Of a DNA stretch of 32,487 nucleotides, positions 10,194 to 23,435 are shown in pieces. A model generated the notes under the pieces. The model ran no database searches. It was given only the letters and a program-made list of their open reading frames with translations, and was not told the origin of the DNA. This DNA comes from Nemertoderma westbladi. Taxonomy: Eukaryota > Animalia > Xenacoelomorpha. Position numbers and translations under genes: made by a program. Each line of letters begins with the position of its first letter. Position 1 is the first letter of the stretch. Where the stretch lies: NCBI GenBank assembly GCA_032718475.1, contig JAUCBJ010002339.1, positions 1 through 32,487 of the forward strand, in the 5' to 3' direction.

Positions 10194-13100
10194 ATGATAT
10201 TATTTGAGATTTCTACTATCTTCTTAGTTATAATATCTTCTATATTGTTTGCTTTTGTTACAAAGATATACTTTTTGCGGGAAGTTACTTTTGAAGAAGC
10301 TGTTGATTTACAAATTACCGGTAATAGTAAAAAGACTAAACGGTTACCTCTACCGGTACCTTCAACGCTCAACTCCACATTAAGAAGTAAAAAATATCGG
10401 ACAAAAACAAAATCAAAGAAAGGCAACTCAGTTGGTTTAGCAGACAGTGTCACATGTTGTAGTGATGTTGGAGAAGGAGTTGATAATGTCTACCAAGATA
10501 AGGATGATTTTATCGAAACCGAACATAATTCCACCATTTTTAATATCAAGGAAAAAGTACAAATACTGCAATATGATATTCCTGAAATTGCTGGCAACTT
10601 TTCCACAAGCCAGCAGTGTTATATGCCAATATATTCCCAGTGCAATAAAAATAACGGCAATTCTATCAATGAACTCAGCTCTTCAGTACTTGATTATGAA
10701 AGTGATGTTGATAATTCAATTACTCACAATCACTTAGTTCAGTCAAGCAGTGTTCTATTGGAATCCGATGGGTCAGTTGATGCTCCCGTATTTCAACTTT
10801 ATCAAAATAAGAAGTCAAAGAAATATCGTCGTCAACCAATTCTGCAACTGGAAACAACAGATCGGCCTTCAGATGTTATTCCTGTTGGTAACGACTTTGT
10901 TGGGATAGTAGACACTAAAGAGGATCAATCTGCGATTTATCAAAGTAACAACATACTGAGTTCTAATACAGCTGGGGATGAGGAAGAATCGGATGATTCA
11001 GCAGTTGAAATCGTATTAGCAGAAGTAAATGATGTGAAAGATACTAATGAATTATTACAAACCTTTACGAATAACCGAGAAAATCTTAGTGCTGATGTTA
11101 GTGTGGATGTGGTTCCAACAATAAGTTCCCAGTCGATACTTTGTTCTGTATCTACACAAACTGATAATAGTTTTACCGATGATGCGTGTAATAGTTTGGT
11201 TGTAGAGAAACTTTTGGAGAGCCTTTTTACTGATATGTTTGAAGCCGGTCTGCCATCTGATAACGATGTGGCTCTTACAAACATTAACAAATCAAAAGAT
11301 GAAAACTGTGTTTCTGTCGAATTGGATTCACTTACTGTTACAGAAGTTACGGATAAACAAGTGAAATGTTCCGAATTGATTGGAAGCCCAGAAACAAATA
11401 CCGGTAATAAACTCCCACGTTTGTTAGATACAGTTACTTATATTAATGAATTTCTTCGAGTTGTTACCATTGAGAAAGACATAACAATACGCAACCTAGA
11501 ACTTGAGCTTAAATCGTGTTTACAAAGTAAATTGAAAATAAATTCCGAGCTCGAAAATCTTGTCTCTTGTCTCCTCCCTCGTTCAACCAATGTCCAAGAT
11601 AAACTCATAAACATTATCGACAGGCAGGATGATTCGAAGACGCAGATTGCCTTCTTATTAGATAAACTTAGATTGTCATTAAATCACATCAAAAATGTTA
11701 ATGAAAAGTTCAATAGTCTTAATTGCGAATTATTATCGTACAAGGGAATTGTTAAAGAAGCTGCATTGCGTGTAAATAATCTTGAGAATGATGTTGAACG
11801 TTTGAACTCGATCTTGGATAAAACGAAAACAATCTCTAGTATTGAAGAGAAACAACCTCTTGATGCTGATATTGAAATTAATGATCTTAGACATCAGTTT
11901 GAAGCGCAGAAAGCAGATATTGACTTGTTGAACGATATTTTATTCCAAAAAGAGAACTTAATAAAGTCTGCTGTGGACTCAATTTGTGGTAAAGTCACAT
12001 CGATTTGTTCTGACGAAGAAGTGAAAACCAGAGTAGCTAATATTTATCATTTTGATGATGATGAATTATTATCTACTATTTCAACATTTTTGGATATAAT
12101 TAGTAATGTCGTGAATACTCAATATTCCCAGGTATGTCAAGCTGATGACAATCAACAGATTGGTATGACTAATGGTTCTTCTGTTGTTTGCGAGGACAAT
12201 AATGCAATGAGTCCTTGTATCTATTCTACTGATGAACTTCCATTATACACAACTTATGCAAATATTTTGAGTGATTCTGGCGTTGGATCTATTTATGTAG
12301 ATAGCAACTTGTCTCCGTCTAATTCAATTTCTCAGGATGTTTTTATGCTAAAAAATGAGAATCGACAGCTTATAGACCTTTATAACGAGTCACAGTCTAT
12401 AGTTAAGCAATACGAATTTGATCATTTTGCAATGGTCGAAAAAATGCAAGAATTAGCGGCTAATCTTAATCAGGTTTCTAGTATCAATGTAGGGTTGTTT
12501 AACACCTTAGAGGCTAAAGATACTGAAATAGCTCAACTACAAGGATCAAAGCAGCTTCAAGAAGCCCAATTAGAACACCAGAGAGTTGATATTGAGGCAA
12601 TACATAATGATCGTTGTAGGTTATCAGAAGAGATAAATTTTGTTTCAGACAAATTGAATATTGCAGAAATGTCTTTTAGTAAATGTGAGGTTGAATTAAA
12701 CGCAAGTAAAGCTGAAAATGTTAACATTTCGGATAATTTAATAACATTGCGTAATAAGTTAGAAAGTTTGGAGAAATTGTTGGAAGAATCGAAACTGGAA
12801 TCGACTCCATCAGCCTTGACCGCATGCGAATCTAAGAATTGTCTACTAATCCAGCAATTGGAAATATCTGATTTGGAATTAGAAAATTCGAAATCCAAAC
12901 TTTTTGATGCTACAGAACAGGTGAAATTGTTAGAAATCTCACTTTCATCATGTCAATTTGATCATGTCGATGTTACTGAGAAATTGAAGACATGTACGCA
13001 GTGGCTTGAGAAATCGCAATTAGAGGTGGCTGATTTGACTGAGGCAATGAAGGCATCCAATGTGGCATTGGAAAAGTGCCAGTCAGAGTTTGTTGAAATA

Positions 13101-16100
13101 ACTAACAACATGGAAGATTGTAAATTGGAGTTGAATAAATCACAGGCGGATGTTGTTGAAATTTCTGCGAAATGTAAACTGGCTGAAATAAATTTTCAAG
13201 TTTCTGAAGCAAAACTTCTTGACATGACAAAAAATTTCAATCGTGTTGAGTTAGCATTGGCAGATACACAGTCAAATCTTAGCGATGTTTCAAAGAGTTT
13301 GAGGGAGTATGAAAATACATTTGAAAAATCTCAATCAAACCTTGTTGAAACGAGGGAAAAATTGAAATTATCAGAATTAGATCTTTGTGATACTAAATCA
13401 CAGCATATTGAATTAAATGCGAAAATGAGAGTGTGTGAAAAGGAATTGGAGAAATCTCAATTAGAGTGTGCTGCTATCTCTATTCAATTGGGAATGTCAG
13501 AAGCGGATTTAGAACATGCTAAATCGAAACAAGGACATAGGGAATTTGAGAAATATAGTCATAAGTTCGATGAAATCGAGAAATCAGAGAAATCTCAATC
13601 ACCGCTGTTTGGTGGCAGTACGTCAGAGATAATGACACTAAATGAAGATATTTTTGGGGATGGTCAAAATGTAACTGGTTATGTGCTTGAAAATATTGAG
13701 GAAAAAAACAGATTGGAAACACACAAGATTTATTTTGACGAAGATGAGCCAGATCATACCCATGTTACAGATGAATTACGTTTGCAGGATTTACCATTCA
13801 ATAAATCGGACATTATCGATTTTACTGAAAAACTAAATGGTATTACTGAAAATTTAGACACAAGTAATATGGCACTTGAAAAATCTCAATCCGACCTCTA
13901 TGATGCTATTGGTAAACTAAGCGTATCAGAAATAGCTTTATCAAATTGTCAATTGGAACTTTCAGAGAAAAACAATAAACTGATGTCATATGTTGCGGCA
14001 TATGAAAAATCTGAATCAGACCTTGTTGAAGCGACAAATATGTCAAAAACATTAGAAATTGCCTTAGGAAACTGTAAATCAGAACTTGTCGAGATGTGTG
14101 ATAAATTTAACTCATACCATGAGACTTTCCAAAAAACCGAATCAGAACTTGTCGAAGCAACGGATAAACTGAAAACTTCAGAAATTGCATGTAACGAATC
14201 CCACTCATACATTCTTAAATTGACAGACAAATTGAATACTTATGAAGTCGCTTTTGAGAAATGTCATGGCGATTTTTGTACTGTTAGTGACCAATGCAAA
14301 GCATCTGAAATGGCACTAACCAAATCGCAGTCCGATCTGTTTGCGGCTACTAATAAATTATACTTGGCCGAAAAGTCTCTGGTCAATTATCAAGCCAAAG
14401 CTGAGGATGGATTGACCACAATCGAAATTCCCTTTCAGCAATCTAGATTAATATCTGTGGAAATGGAGGACGATTTAAAGTCATCTAACCCGGTGTTAGA
14501 AAATGATCAGTCGATCAGACATAGTGACAAATTGAAAACATACGAATTGGAATCAGAACAATTTAAATTGGAGCTTCTTCAAAAGCATGAGCAAGTTCAC
14601 GGATACGAAGTCGGGTTTACGAACTTACAGGAAGAACTGATGTGCGCCAATGATAAGCTGAAAGATTACGAAATTAAGTTTGATAAATCTCAATTAGAAC
14701 GGGTTACTATTAATGAGAAATGTAAGTCCTACGAACTGAAGTTTGATAATTTTAATTCACAACTTGATGAGCTAAACGATAAGTTGAATATATCAGAATC
14801 AATCTTAGGACATACTCAACTGGAACTTGTCGAGATAAATGAAAAATTGGTAAGGCGTGAGGCGTCAGTTGAAACATCAGAAGCAGAAATTGTGGAGCTG
14901 ACTGATAAATTAAAGGAAAGCAATCTGACTTATGTTAAATCACAAACAGACCTAGTTGATGTCACTGGAAAACTGAAAGAATATGAAATGGCTTTTGGCA
15001 AATTACAAGCAGACCTTGTTGATGTCACTGGTAAACTGAAAGAATATGAAATGGCTTTCGAGAAATCACAAACAGACCTTGTTGATGTTACTGGTAAACT
15101 GAAAGAATATGAAATGGCTTTTGAGAGGTCACAGACAGACCTTGTTGATGTCACTGGAAAACTGAAAGAATATGAAATGGCTTCTGAGATGTCACAGACA
15201 GACCTTATTGATGTCACTGGTAAACTGAAAGAATATGAAATGGCTTTCGAGAAATCACAAACAGACCTAGTTGATGTCACTGGTAAACTGAAAGAATATG
15301 AAATGGCTTTTGAGAGGTCACATACAGACCTTGTTGATGTCACTGGAAAACTGAAAGAATATGAAATGGCTTTCGAGAAATCACAAACAGACCTTGTTGA
15401 TGTTACTGGTAAACTGAAAGAATATGAAATGGCTTTTGAGAGGTCACAGACAGACCTTGTTGATGTCACTGGAAAACTGAAAGAATATGAAATGGCTTCT
15501 GAGATGTCACAGACAGACCTTGTTGATGTCAATGGAAAACTGAAAGAATATGAAATAGCTTTCGAGAAATCACAAACAGACTTTGTTGATGTCACTGGTA
15601 AACTGAAAGAATATAAAATGGTTTTTGAGAGGTCACAGACAGACCTTGTTGATGTCACTGGTAAACTTAAAGAATCTGAAATGGCTTTCGAGAAATCACA
15701 AACAGACCTAGTTGATGTCACTGGTAAACTGAAAGAATATGAAATGGCTTTTGAGAGGTCACATACAGACCTTGTTGATGTCACTGGAAAACTGAAAGAA
15801 TATGAAATGGCTTTCGAGAAATCACAAACAGACCTTGTTGATGTTACTGGTAAACTGAAAGAATATGAAATGGCTTTTGAGAGGTCACAGACAGACCTTG
15901 TTGATGTCACTGGAAAACTGAAAGAATATGAAATGGCTTCTGAGATGTCACAGACAGACCTTGTTGATGTCACTGGAAAACTGAAAGAATATGAAATAGC
16001 TTTCGAGAAATCACAAACAGACTTTGTTGATGTCACTGGTAAACTGAAAGAATATAAAATGGTTTTTGAGAGGTCACAGACAGACCTTGTTGATGTCACT

Positions 16101-18109
16101 GGTAAACTTAAAGAATCTGAAATGGCTTTCGATAAAAAACAAACAGACCTTGTTGATGTCACTGGTAAACTGAAAGAATATGAAATAGCTTTTGAGAAAT
16201 TACAAACAGACCTTGTTGATGTCACTGGTAAACTGAAAGAATATGAAATGGCTTCTGAGAGGTCACAGACAGACCTTGTTGATGTCACTGGTAAACTGAA
16301 AGAATATGAAATGGCTTTTGAGAGGTCACAGACAGACCTTGTTTATGTCACTGGTAAACTTAAAGAATCTGAAATGGCTTTCGAGAAATCACAAACAGAC
16401 CTTGTTGATGTCACTGATAAACTGAAAGAATATGAAATGGCTTTTGAGAGGTCACAGGCAGACCTTGTTGATGTCACTGGTAAACTGAAAGAATATGAAA
16501 TGGGTTTCGAGAGGTCACAGACAGACCTTGTTGATGTCACTGATAAACTGAAAGAATATGAAATGGCTTTTGAGAGGTCACAGACAGACCTTGTTGATGT
16601 CACTGGTAAACTGAAAGAATATGAAATAGCTTTCGAGAAATCACAAACAGACTTTGACGATGTCACTGGTAAACTGAAAGAATATGAAATGGGTTTCGAG
16701 AAATCACAAACAGACCTTGTTGATGTCACTGATAAACTGAAAGAATATGAAATGGCTTTTGAGAGGTCACAGGCAGACCTTGTTGATGTCACTGGTAAAC
16801 TGAAAGAATATGAAATGGCTTCTGAGAGGTCACAGACAGACCTTGTTGATGTCACTGGTAAACTGAAAGAATATGAAATGGCTTTTGAGAGGTCACAGAC
16901 AGACCTTGTTGATGTCACTGGTAAACTGAAAGATTATGAAATAGCTTTCGAGAAATCACAAACAGACTTTGTTGATGTCACTGGTAAACTGAAAGAATAT
17001 GAAATAGCTTTCGAGAAATCACAAACAGACCTTGTTAATGTCACTGGTAAACTGAAAGAATATGAAATGGCTTTTGAGAGGTCACAGACAGACCTTGTTG
17101 ATGCCACTGGTAAACTGAAAGAATATGAAATGGCTTTCGAGAAATCACAAACAGACCTTGTTGATGTCACTGATAAACTGAAAGAATATGAAATAGCTTT
17201 TGAATTATATCAATTGAAACAAGTTGAATTGAATGAGAAATGTAAATCCTACGAAATTTCGTGTGAGTCTATTAATGTACAAGTTGCTGAACTAACTGAT
17301 AAATTAAATACATCGGAAACCTCGTTGGATCTTACACAACAGAAACTGGTTGAAAGTAATGAAAAACTGAAAATTCGCGATATTTTGTTTGAAAGATCAG
17401 AATCGGAACTGGCGGGTTTAACAGAGAAATTAAAATCATATGGAGTTTCTTGTGAAAAATACCGCATGGACTGTGTTGATATAGAAGATAAATTGAAGAC
17501 GAGCGAGGAAGTATCATATACGGATGATGTCCTTTCCTGCAACGGAATGTGTGTTAAAGATAAACTTCTAAGTATTCTAGAATTTGCAACTAGGATAGAA
17601 TCTGCAATTTGTGCTCTTTCGGCGATGATAGAACGACCTCCAAAAACGCCTAATGAAATACAAGATTGCAAATTATCCGCCTCTATAATGGCTGACGTTT
17701 CTAGATCGCTGGATTTCGGGATAGATAATAACAGTTGTGTGTCTGGTGCTACCGATATCGGGCTGATATTTGAGGAAGTTTATACTCGAATTCAGTCGGT
17801 TTATTCGTGTGCCGAAGAATTGATTGATCTATGTACCGGTACCAAGTTGCAATTCAACCAAGCTACTAATGTAACTGACATGTCCAATTATATTGAATTC
17901 TCCGTTATTTCGAGTAAACTTAATGAATTGAAAGATCAATTAAATTCGTCTAATTATTACGTCGACCCTAAGCCTACATGCGATATTAAAGACGACAATC
18001 TGCTGAGTAATGTTGTTGATAAATTTCTTATGTCGATTTCTGACATAAAGAAGGCCAATTCTAGAAGGTTATTAATTGAACAAACCTCTGCTGATGAAAC
18101 TTTATCAAC
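10194..18109 (+). CDS. Exon 1 (7.9 kb) of a giant membrane-anchored coiled-coil protein, RRBP1(p180)/kinectin-like N-terminus
   Basis: N-terminal hydrophobic anchor followed by REVTFEEAV (compare p180 KETSYEEAL) and a Lys-rich patch, then extensive heptad periodicity. Donor AC|GTTAGT at 18109/18110 (phase 2) removes the poly-G run that ends the raw ORF. Confidence 0.75.
14937..17204 (+). repeat. Coding tandem repeat, 63 bp x 36 (KSQTDLVDVTGKLKEYEMAFE, three heptads)
   Basis: 2268 bp = 36 x 63 with no frameshifting indels; visible in both DNA and protein. Confidence 0.97.
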
Positions 18110-18433
18110 GTTAGTACATAATTATATATATTACACCGGCGGTGGAGGGGGGGGGGGGGGGGGGGGGGGGGGTGGTTAACAGTGGTTAACAGTCACGCAA
18201 ATTATGTAAAGAAAATACCACTTACAAAATACACGCAGGCATATATAAGGATCTTCTATATAGGGATCCAGTCACTGCTTACTAAGTATACCAATATGTG
18301 CCCTGATCAGGCCTCAACCCAAATCCCAATTATAAATCGTATTTCTCCGCTAAAGTAAAGCCTTATTCTGTTTTTTTTTCTATCTCACCATATCGTGTAC
18401 TGATCTATCAACTGAACGATCTTATGTTTCTAG

Positions 18434-18671
18434 AGAAATTAAAACTGGTGAAATATGCCACGGAAAGGCTGACGATGAGCTGCGAGGTAGGCAGTTGGAG
18501 AAAAAAATATCGGAGTTGATGTCATTGCTGAAAGTAAAGGAGGAAAGATTCAATGCGATGAGAAGAGAATACGATTCCTTGATGGGTCATTATCAGATTC
18601 AGGTAGCAAAGAATAAAGAATTACAGACTAGAACCGTTAGACTGGGCGACAAGGTTCATATTATTAGCAAG
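18434..18671 (+). CDS. Exon 2 of the coiled-coil gene (EIKTGEICHG...QLEKKISELMSLLKVKEERFNAMRREYDSL...HIISK)
   Basis: Acceptor tgtttctag|A is phase-compatible with exon 1 and in frame with ORF 18495. Canonical donor AAG|GTAAGT (phase 0). Peptide is coiled-coil-like. Confidence 0.75.
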
Positions 18672-18785
18672 GTAAGTTTGGGAAGTAGAGAGACAAGGTT
18701 CGCCTTATAAACATAAGCAAAGTTAGTCGGGATTGTAAATAGATTTCAATGTAAGGTGTGGCTGTTAGTAAGTGGATGATATTTC

Positions 18786-20352
18786 CACCCTGTCTGGCAG
18801 CCTCCAACCCCGGAACCGTGGACCCCGCCCTGTCTGACGGCCTACATACCCGGAACAATGGAACCCGCCCTGTCTGACAGCGTCCATACCCGGAACCATT
18901 GACCCCGCCCTGTCTGCTGTCTCCATCCCCGGACCCATGGACCCCGCCCCGTCTGACGGCCTCCATTCCCGGACCCATGGACCCCGCCCCTTCTGACGGC
19001 CTCCATTCCCGGAACCATGGACCCCGCCCTGTCTGTCGGCCTCCATCCCCGGAACCATTGAACCCGCCCTGTCTGACAGCATCCATCCCCGGAACCATGG
19101 ACGCCCCGCCCTGTCTAACTGTCTCCATTCCCGGAACCATGGAACCCGCCCTGTCTGACAGCGTCCATGCCCTGTCTGACAACCTCTATCCCCGGAACCA
19201 TGGACCCCGCCCTATCTGACAGCCTCCATCCCCGGATCCATTAACCCCACCCTGTCTGACGGCCTCCATTCCCGGAACCATGGACCACACCCTGTCTGAC
19301 AACCTCCATCCCCGGAACCATGGACCCCGTCCCGTCTGACAACCTCCATCCCCGGAACCATGGACCCCGTCCCGTCTGACAACCTCCATCCCCGGAACCA
19401 TGGACCCCGCCCTGACGGCCTCCATCCCCGGAACCAATGACCCCGCCCTGACGGCCTCCATCCCCGGAACCATGGACCCCGTCCTGTCTGACAACCTCCA
19501 TCCCCGGAACCATGGACCCCGCCCTGACGGCCTCTATCCCCGGAACCATTGACCCCGCCCTGACGGCCTCCATCCCCTGAACCATGGACCCCGTCCTGTC
19601 TGACAACCCCCATCCCCGGAACCATTGACCCCGCCTGACGCCCTCCATCCCCGGAACCATGGACCCTGTCCTGTCTGACAACCTCCTTCCCCGGAACCAT
19701 GGACCCCACCATGACGGCCTCCATCCCCGGAACCATGGACCCCACCATGACGGCCTCCATCCCCGGAACCATGGACCCCGTCCTGTCTGACAACCTCCTT
19801 CCCCGGAACCATGGACCCCGTCCTGTCTGACAACCTCCTTCCCCGGAACCATGGACCCCACCATGACGGCCTCCATCCCCGGAACCATTGACCCCGCCCT
19901 GACGGCCTCCATCCCCTGAACCATTGACCCCGCCCTGTCTAACAGCCTCCATCCCCTCAACCAATTACAACAAACACCCTGTCTGTCATCCTCCATCCCC
20001 GGAACCATTGACCCCGCCCTGTCTGACAGCCTCCATTCCCGGAACTATGGAACCCGCCCTGTCTGTCAGCCTCCATCCCCGGAACCATGGAACCCGCCCT
20101 GTCAGACAGCCTCCATCCCCGGAACAATGGAACCCGCCCTGTCTGACAGCCTCCATCCCCGGAACCATGGACCCCGCCCCTTCTGACGGCCTCCATTCCC
20201 GGAACTATGGAACCCGCCCTGTCTGACAGCCTCCATTCCCGGAACTATGGAACCCGCCCTGTCTGACAGCCTCCATCCCCGGAACTATGGAACCCGCCCC
20301 TTCTGACGGCCTCCATTCCGGGAACCATGGAACCCGCCCTGACGGCCTCCAT
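18786..20352. repeat. GC-rich intronic minisatellite, 40-bp unit with 36-bp variants, about 40 copies
   Basis: Unit CCCCGGAACCATGGACCCCGCCCTGTCTGACRGCCTCCAT; variants lack the TCTG block; lies in predicted intron 2. Confidence 0.95.
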
Positions 20353-20520
20353 CCATCAATGATACGAAATTTGTTCATTCCGTTCAAATTATTTAGCTAT
20401 AACAAGCCGTTAAAAAATTTGGGGGTGGGGGTTCCGTTATATTAAGGGTGATGAGGTATTTTATTTTTTACTATATCCAAATTCATTAACAATATTAAAA
20501 TATTGCGTCTGATTCATTAG

Positions 20521-20650
20521 GCCCACGAAGAAGAAAGGTATAATTTCTCTCGTCTGATGGACCAAGTAAATCAACTGCAGACGGACAGGTGTGTTTCCCA
20601 ATGTCGAACACCTTCTAACCAAAGTTCTCCTGAGAAGAGTCCATCCGTTG
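20521..20650 (+). CDS. Exon 3 of the coiled-coil gene (AHEEERYNFSRLMDQVNQLQTDR...PEKSPSV)
   Basis: Acceptor ctgattcattag|GCC (phase 0), open frame, donor G|GTGAGT (phase 1). Confidence 0.7.
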
Positions 20651-20799
20651 GTGAGTGTGACAAAGCTTTCACGTAGTTATTTAAATTCGCTAAGAAATAT
20701 CGCAGGCGCTCCCCTTCAGTTTCATGTTTTGAAAGTCCTCCCATTCTGTTCAGCGTCAAAAAACACTCAGATAATTCTTACGTTTTAACTTTTACTGAA

Positions 20800-20941
20800 A
20801 ATTTCAAAATTTTGGTAATTTGTAATTCCTCAGGTACGGTAATCTCAAAAATAATTTCAAAATTTTGGTAATTTGTAATTCCTCAGGTACGGTAATCTCA
20901 AAACTAATTTCAAAATTTTGGTAATTTGTAATTCCTCAGGT
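20800..20941. repeat. 53-bp tandem repeat, about 2.7 copies
   Basis: AATTTCAAAATTTTGGTAATTTGTAATTCCTCAGGTA starts at 20800, 20853 and 20906. Confidence 0.9.
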
Positions 20942-21542
20942 ATATACGGTAAGGATTTAAAAATCGACAACTAAAGACTATGAAAATCCAGACGTCGCAT
21001 GCAATTTGCAATGCATGTTTTGCCTCATATGGGCATTAATCGTGGAGGGTAAAGTGACTCGGTAGAGATGAGTTTCAAAGGGATATATTATTTATCACGC
21101 CGATCACCTCTCTATGCAGTACATGTTGATAAAAAATAAGGTTGCTGATTGGAACGCATTTGGTGCCTCGTGATTATCACTTTGAATTGTATCACATATC
21201 GCTCCAATTAGTCAATCAATATCTATTTGTGTTACTGGGGAGAAGAATCTTCCCAATAACACGGATGCGATGGTGAAACAATATCTAACTTCATTTAAAA
21301 CCGCTAGAGTGCGAATTAACACGTTAGCTGCGGATTATGCACCGGTCCACAATTCGTGCTTTTGGTTTGGTTAGCACTTAGTGCGGAGGCTATAAGTTGA
21401 GCGCCGGTGCTCACATTCATTAGCCCTAGTGCATTCGGTATGTGCGACTTCTATTGGACTCATATTTATTTGGTTTGTGCACCGTTGCTCAATATTTCCA
21501 CTGATATAAATATGACGGGATTTTTAAAATGCTTTAGGATTA

Positions 21543-21980
21543 GGGGGCGTTCATAAAGTATGTCACGCAAATTTTCAAGTTTTTTGACGCAAAAGACGCA
21601 AAAATAGACGAAAAATATTTTATTTCAGTAATTTAATAACAGTTAGAAAGCACAATAGAAAGTGAAACATTTTGACTGAAGTGGTTCTTACTAAAAGCCT
21701 ATACATACTTTAGCAGCTTCAAACTACAGTACTGTACAATGTACAAGGTAGACTAGACAGGGGTGCCCTGTTAATGTTAGGGATTAAATTCAATGTTATT
21801 GAGTTTATTGTTTTTTCCTTTAAAGTTTCCCACTCATCTACAAATGTGTTAGTCAAAGACAAGCTAACATTAAAGCATACCGTAGAGCATCGCCGTGACC
21901 GTCACAAAGGTCGACACCCCCCTACCACCTGTCACAAAATGTCACGCAAGCTCGGACCGCCCCCCCCCCCCCCCGTAACC
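21543..21980. mobile_element. Truncated MITE related in its terminus to the 22508 element
   Basis: Left end GGGGGCGTTCATAAAGTATGTCACGC resembles GGGGTCATCCATAAAAGACGTCCG. GTCAC subterminal motifs and a poly-C tract lie at 21895-21975; right TIR missing. Confidence 0.45.
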
Positions 21981-22507
21981 ATGAATACTGTCGAATATTA
22001 TTAGACAGTTGTTTCATACTGTGGGGCGAGCCGTAAAGTTGGAGGAGCATACGGGATGGGATGATTTTTGCAGATCGTTGTCGCTGTTGTTGTCGTCGTC
22101 GTCGTATCGATTTTGTCATGATAATCACTTTTGTTGGATTTAAAGCTGTCGAGTTGAAAATTGGTAGGCATCAATAGAATCACAAGTTGAGATTCTTCTG
22201 GGATTTTCAGTTAAAAAGTCTCCCGCTGGAGGGCTACATGTCTAAACAAAACATCCCCTCATTGTTATTAATCATTTTGAACTGAATCTTGGCAGATATC
22301 TACTAGACCATTAGCTGTCGGAGGCTGACTGTGGTCGGAGGCTAACTGCTGTTATCCAGTCTTCCGCTAGGTAGTGCGAAATGTTTGATATGAAAACCTT
22401 TTGCTATTTCATATCGCTTACAATCCTTTCTACCTGATTGATACCTGCTAGTACATTATATTATATTCTAGACATCAGACGATCAGACTGAGTTTTTGTT
22501 AGGTTTT

Positions 22508-23306
22508 GGGGTCATCCATAAAAGACGTCCGAGCTAGAGGGGGGGGGAGGGGGGTCGGCCAAATCCGGACATTTACGGACAGGGGGGGGGGGGGGGGGGG
22601 GGGGTGTAGCAAAATTCGGACGTCTGTTTTTAAATTTTTTATTGTCAACTTTGCAGCCCATATGGCCAAATGTAGTCTAAACTTAACTTTGGGATGGGCA
22701 CCTAGGCCCCGCATATTTAAAGTGAAAGTAAACGTTTCAGTTTCAAGTTTCAGAATCTGGGGAGACGGCCAACCTAACCCTTGATGGGTGTACCTGTACA
22801 CTGTACAGTATACGTGAAGTTTATCATGTATTACAATGTATTAAGCCCGTACCGTAACGCTATATTATACTGGCTAATAAGTAGTTTCAGTTTGATAATG
22901 TACTGGTCAGTACTGCGGTCCCCTATTCTTTACTAGTGCCCACTCCCGGCAGGCCTAAGGCTGCACGATAAATAGGCTACCGGTACCGGTAATAACTCCC
23001 AGCAATGTCGGAATACAATAAATTTATCGAACTATATAGAAAGTCGCATAGCGAGTTATCTAGAGAGAAGCAATTCCGAAAGGGGCAAGAAGAATGGAAC
23101 TTGCTCAAAAAAGATAAAGCGGCCCTGTTGGTACAATTACAGCAATAATTCGTGTATTTGTTTTCTGTTTTATTTTCTAAAATTCGGACGTCCGAATAGG
23201 GGGGAGGGGGGGTGGGGGGGTCAAAAACCGGACATTCGCGGACAGGGGGGAGGGGGGGGGGTCCAAAAATTCGGGATTTTCTCGGACGTCTTTTATGGAT
23301 GACCCC
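22508..23306. mobile_element. Young 800-bp MITE/deletion derivative with near-perfect TIRs (PIF/Harbinger- or Sola-like; superfamily uncertain)
   Basis: GGGGTCATCCATAAAAGACGTCCGAG ... CTCGGACGTCTTTTATGGATGACCCC (26-bp match). TTT flanks both sides; subterminal CGGAC motifs separated by G-runs at both ends. Confidence 0.85.
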
Positions 23307-23435
23307 TTTAAAATCGACTGCAGTTACCCACTCTGTCGCTTGTGGGTAAAAGTTATTAGGGTAAATCTAACATTAGTTTATGTAACGTGCTGCGCGAAGG
23401 CCCCATCTGTTACTATATTGTTGTTTTACATACAG

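Noticed and set aside
14930-17170. Antisense ORFs (452, 191 and 78 aa) over the 63-bp array
   Set aside because: Repeat shadows, broken by stops, while the sense frame is intact.
18110-18179. Poly-glycine C-terminus of the 2661-aa ORF
   Set aside because: Encoded by a G homopolymer downstream of a phase-compatible splice donor; similar G/C runs occur at about 3354, 5499, 21960 and 22582.
18664-20387. Gly/Arg-rich ORFs in the minisatellite
   Set aside because: The 40-bp unit shifts frame each copy and GC-rich repeats lack stops; the region lies in a predicted intron.
20588-20594. Alternative exon-3 donor AG|GTGTGT
   Set aside because: Phase 2 would throw exon 4 out of its long frame; the GTGAGT donor at 20651 is stronger and in phase.
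22001-22245. Possible nested antisense exon in intron 3
   Set aside because: Only short frames, a trinucleotide microsatellite and no recognisable motif; unsupported.
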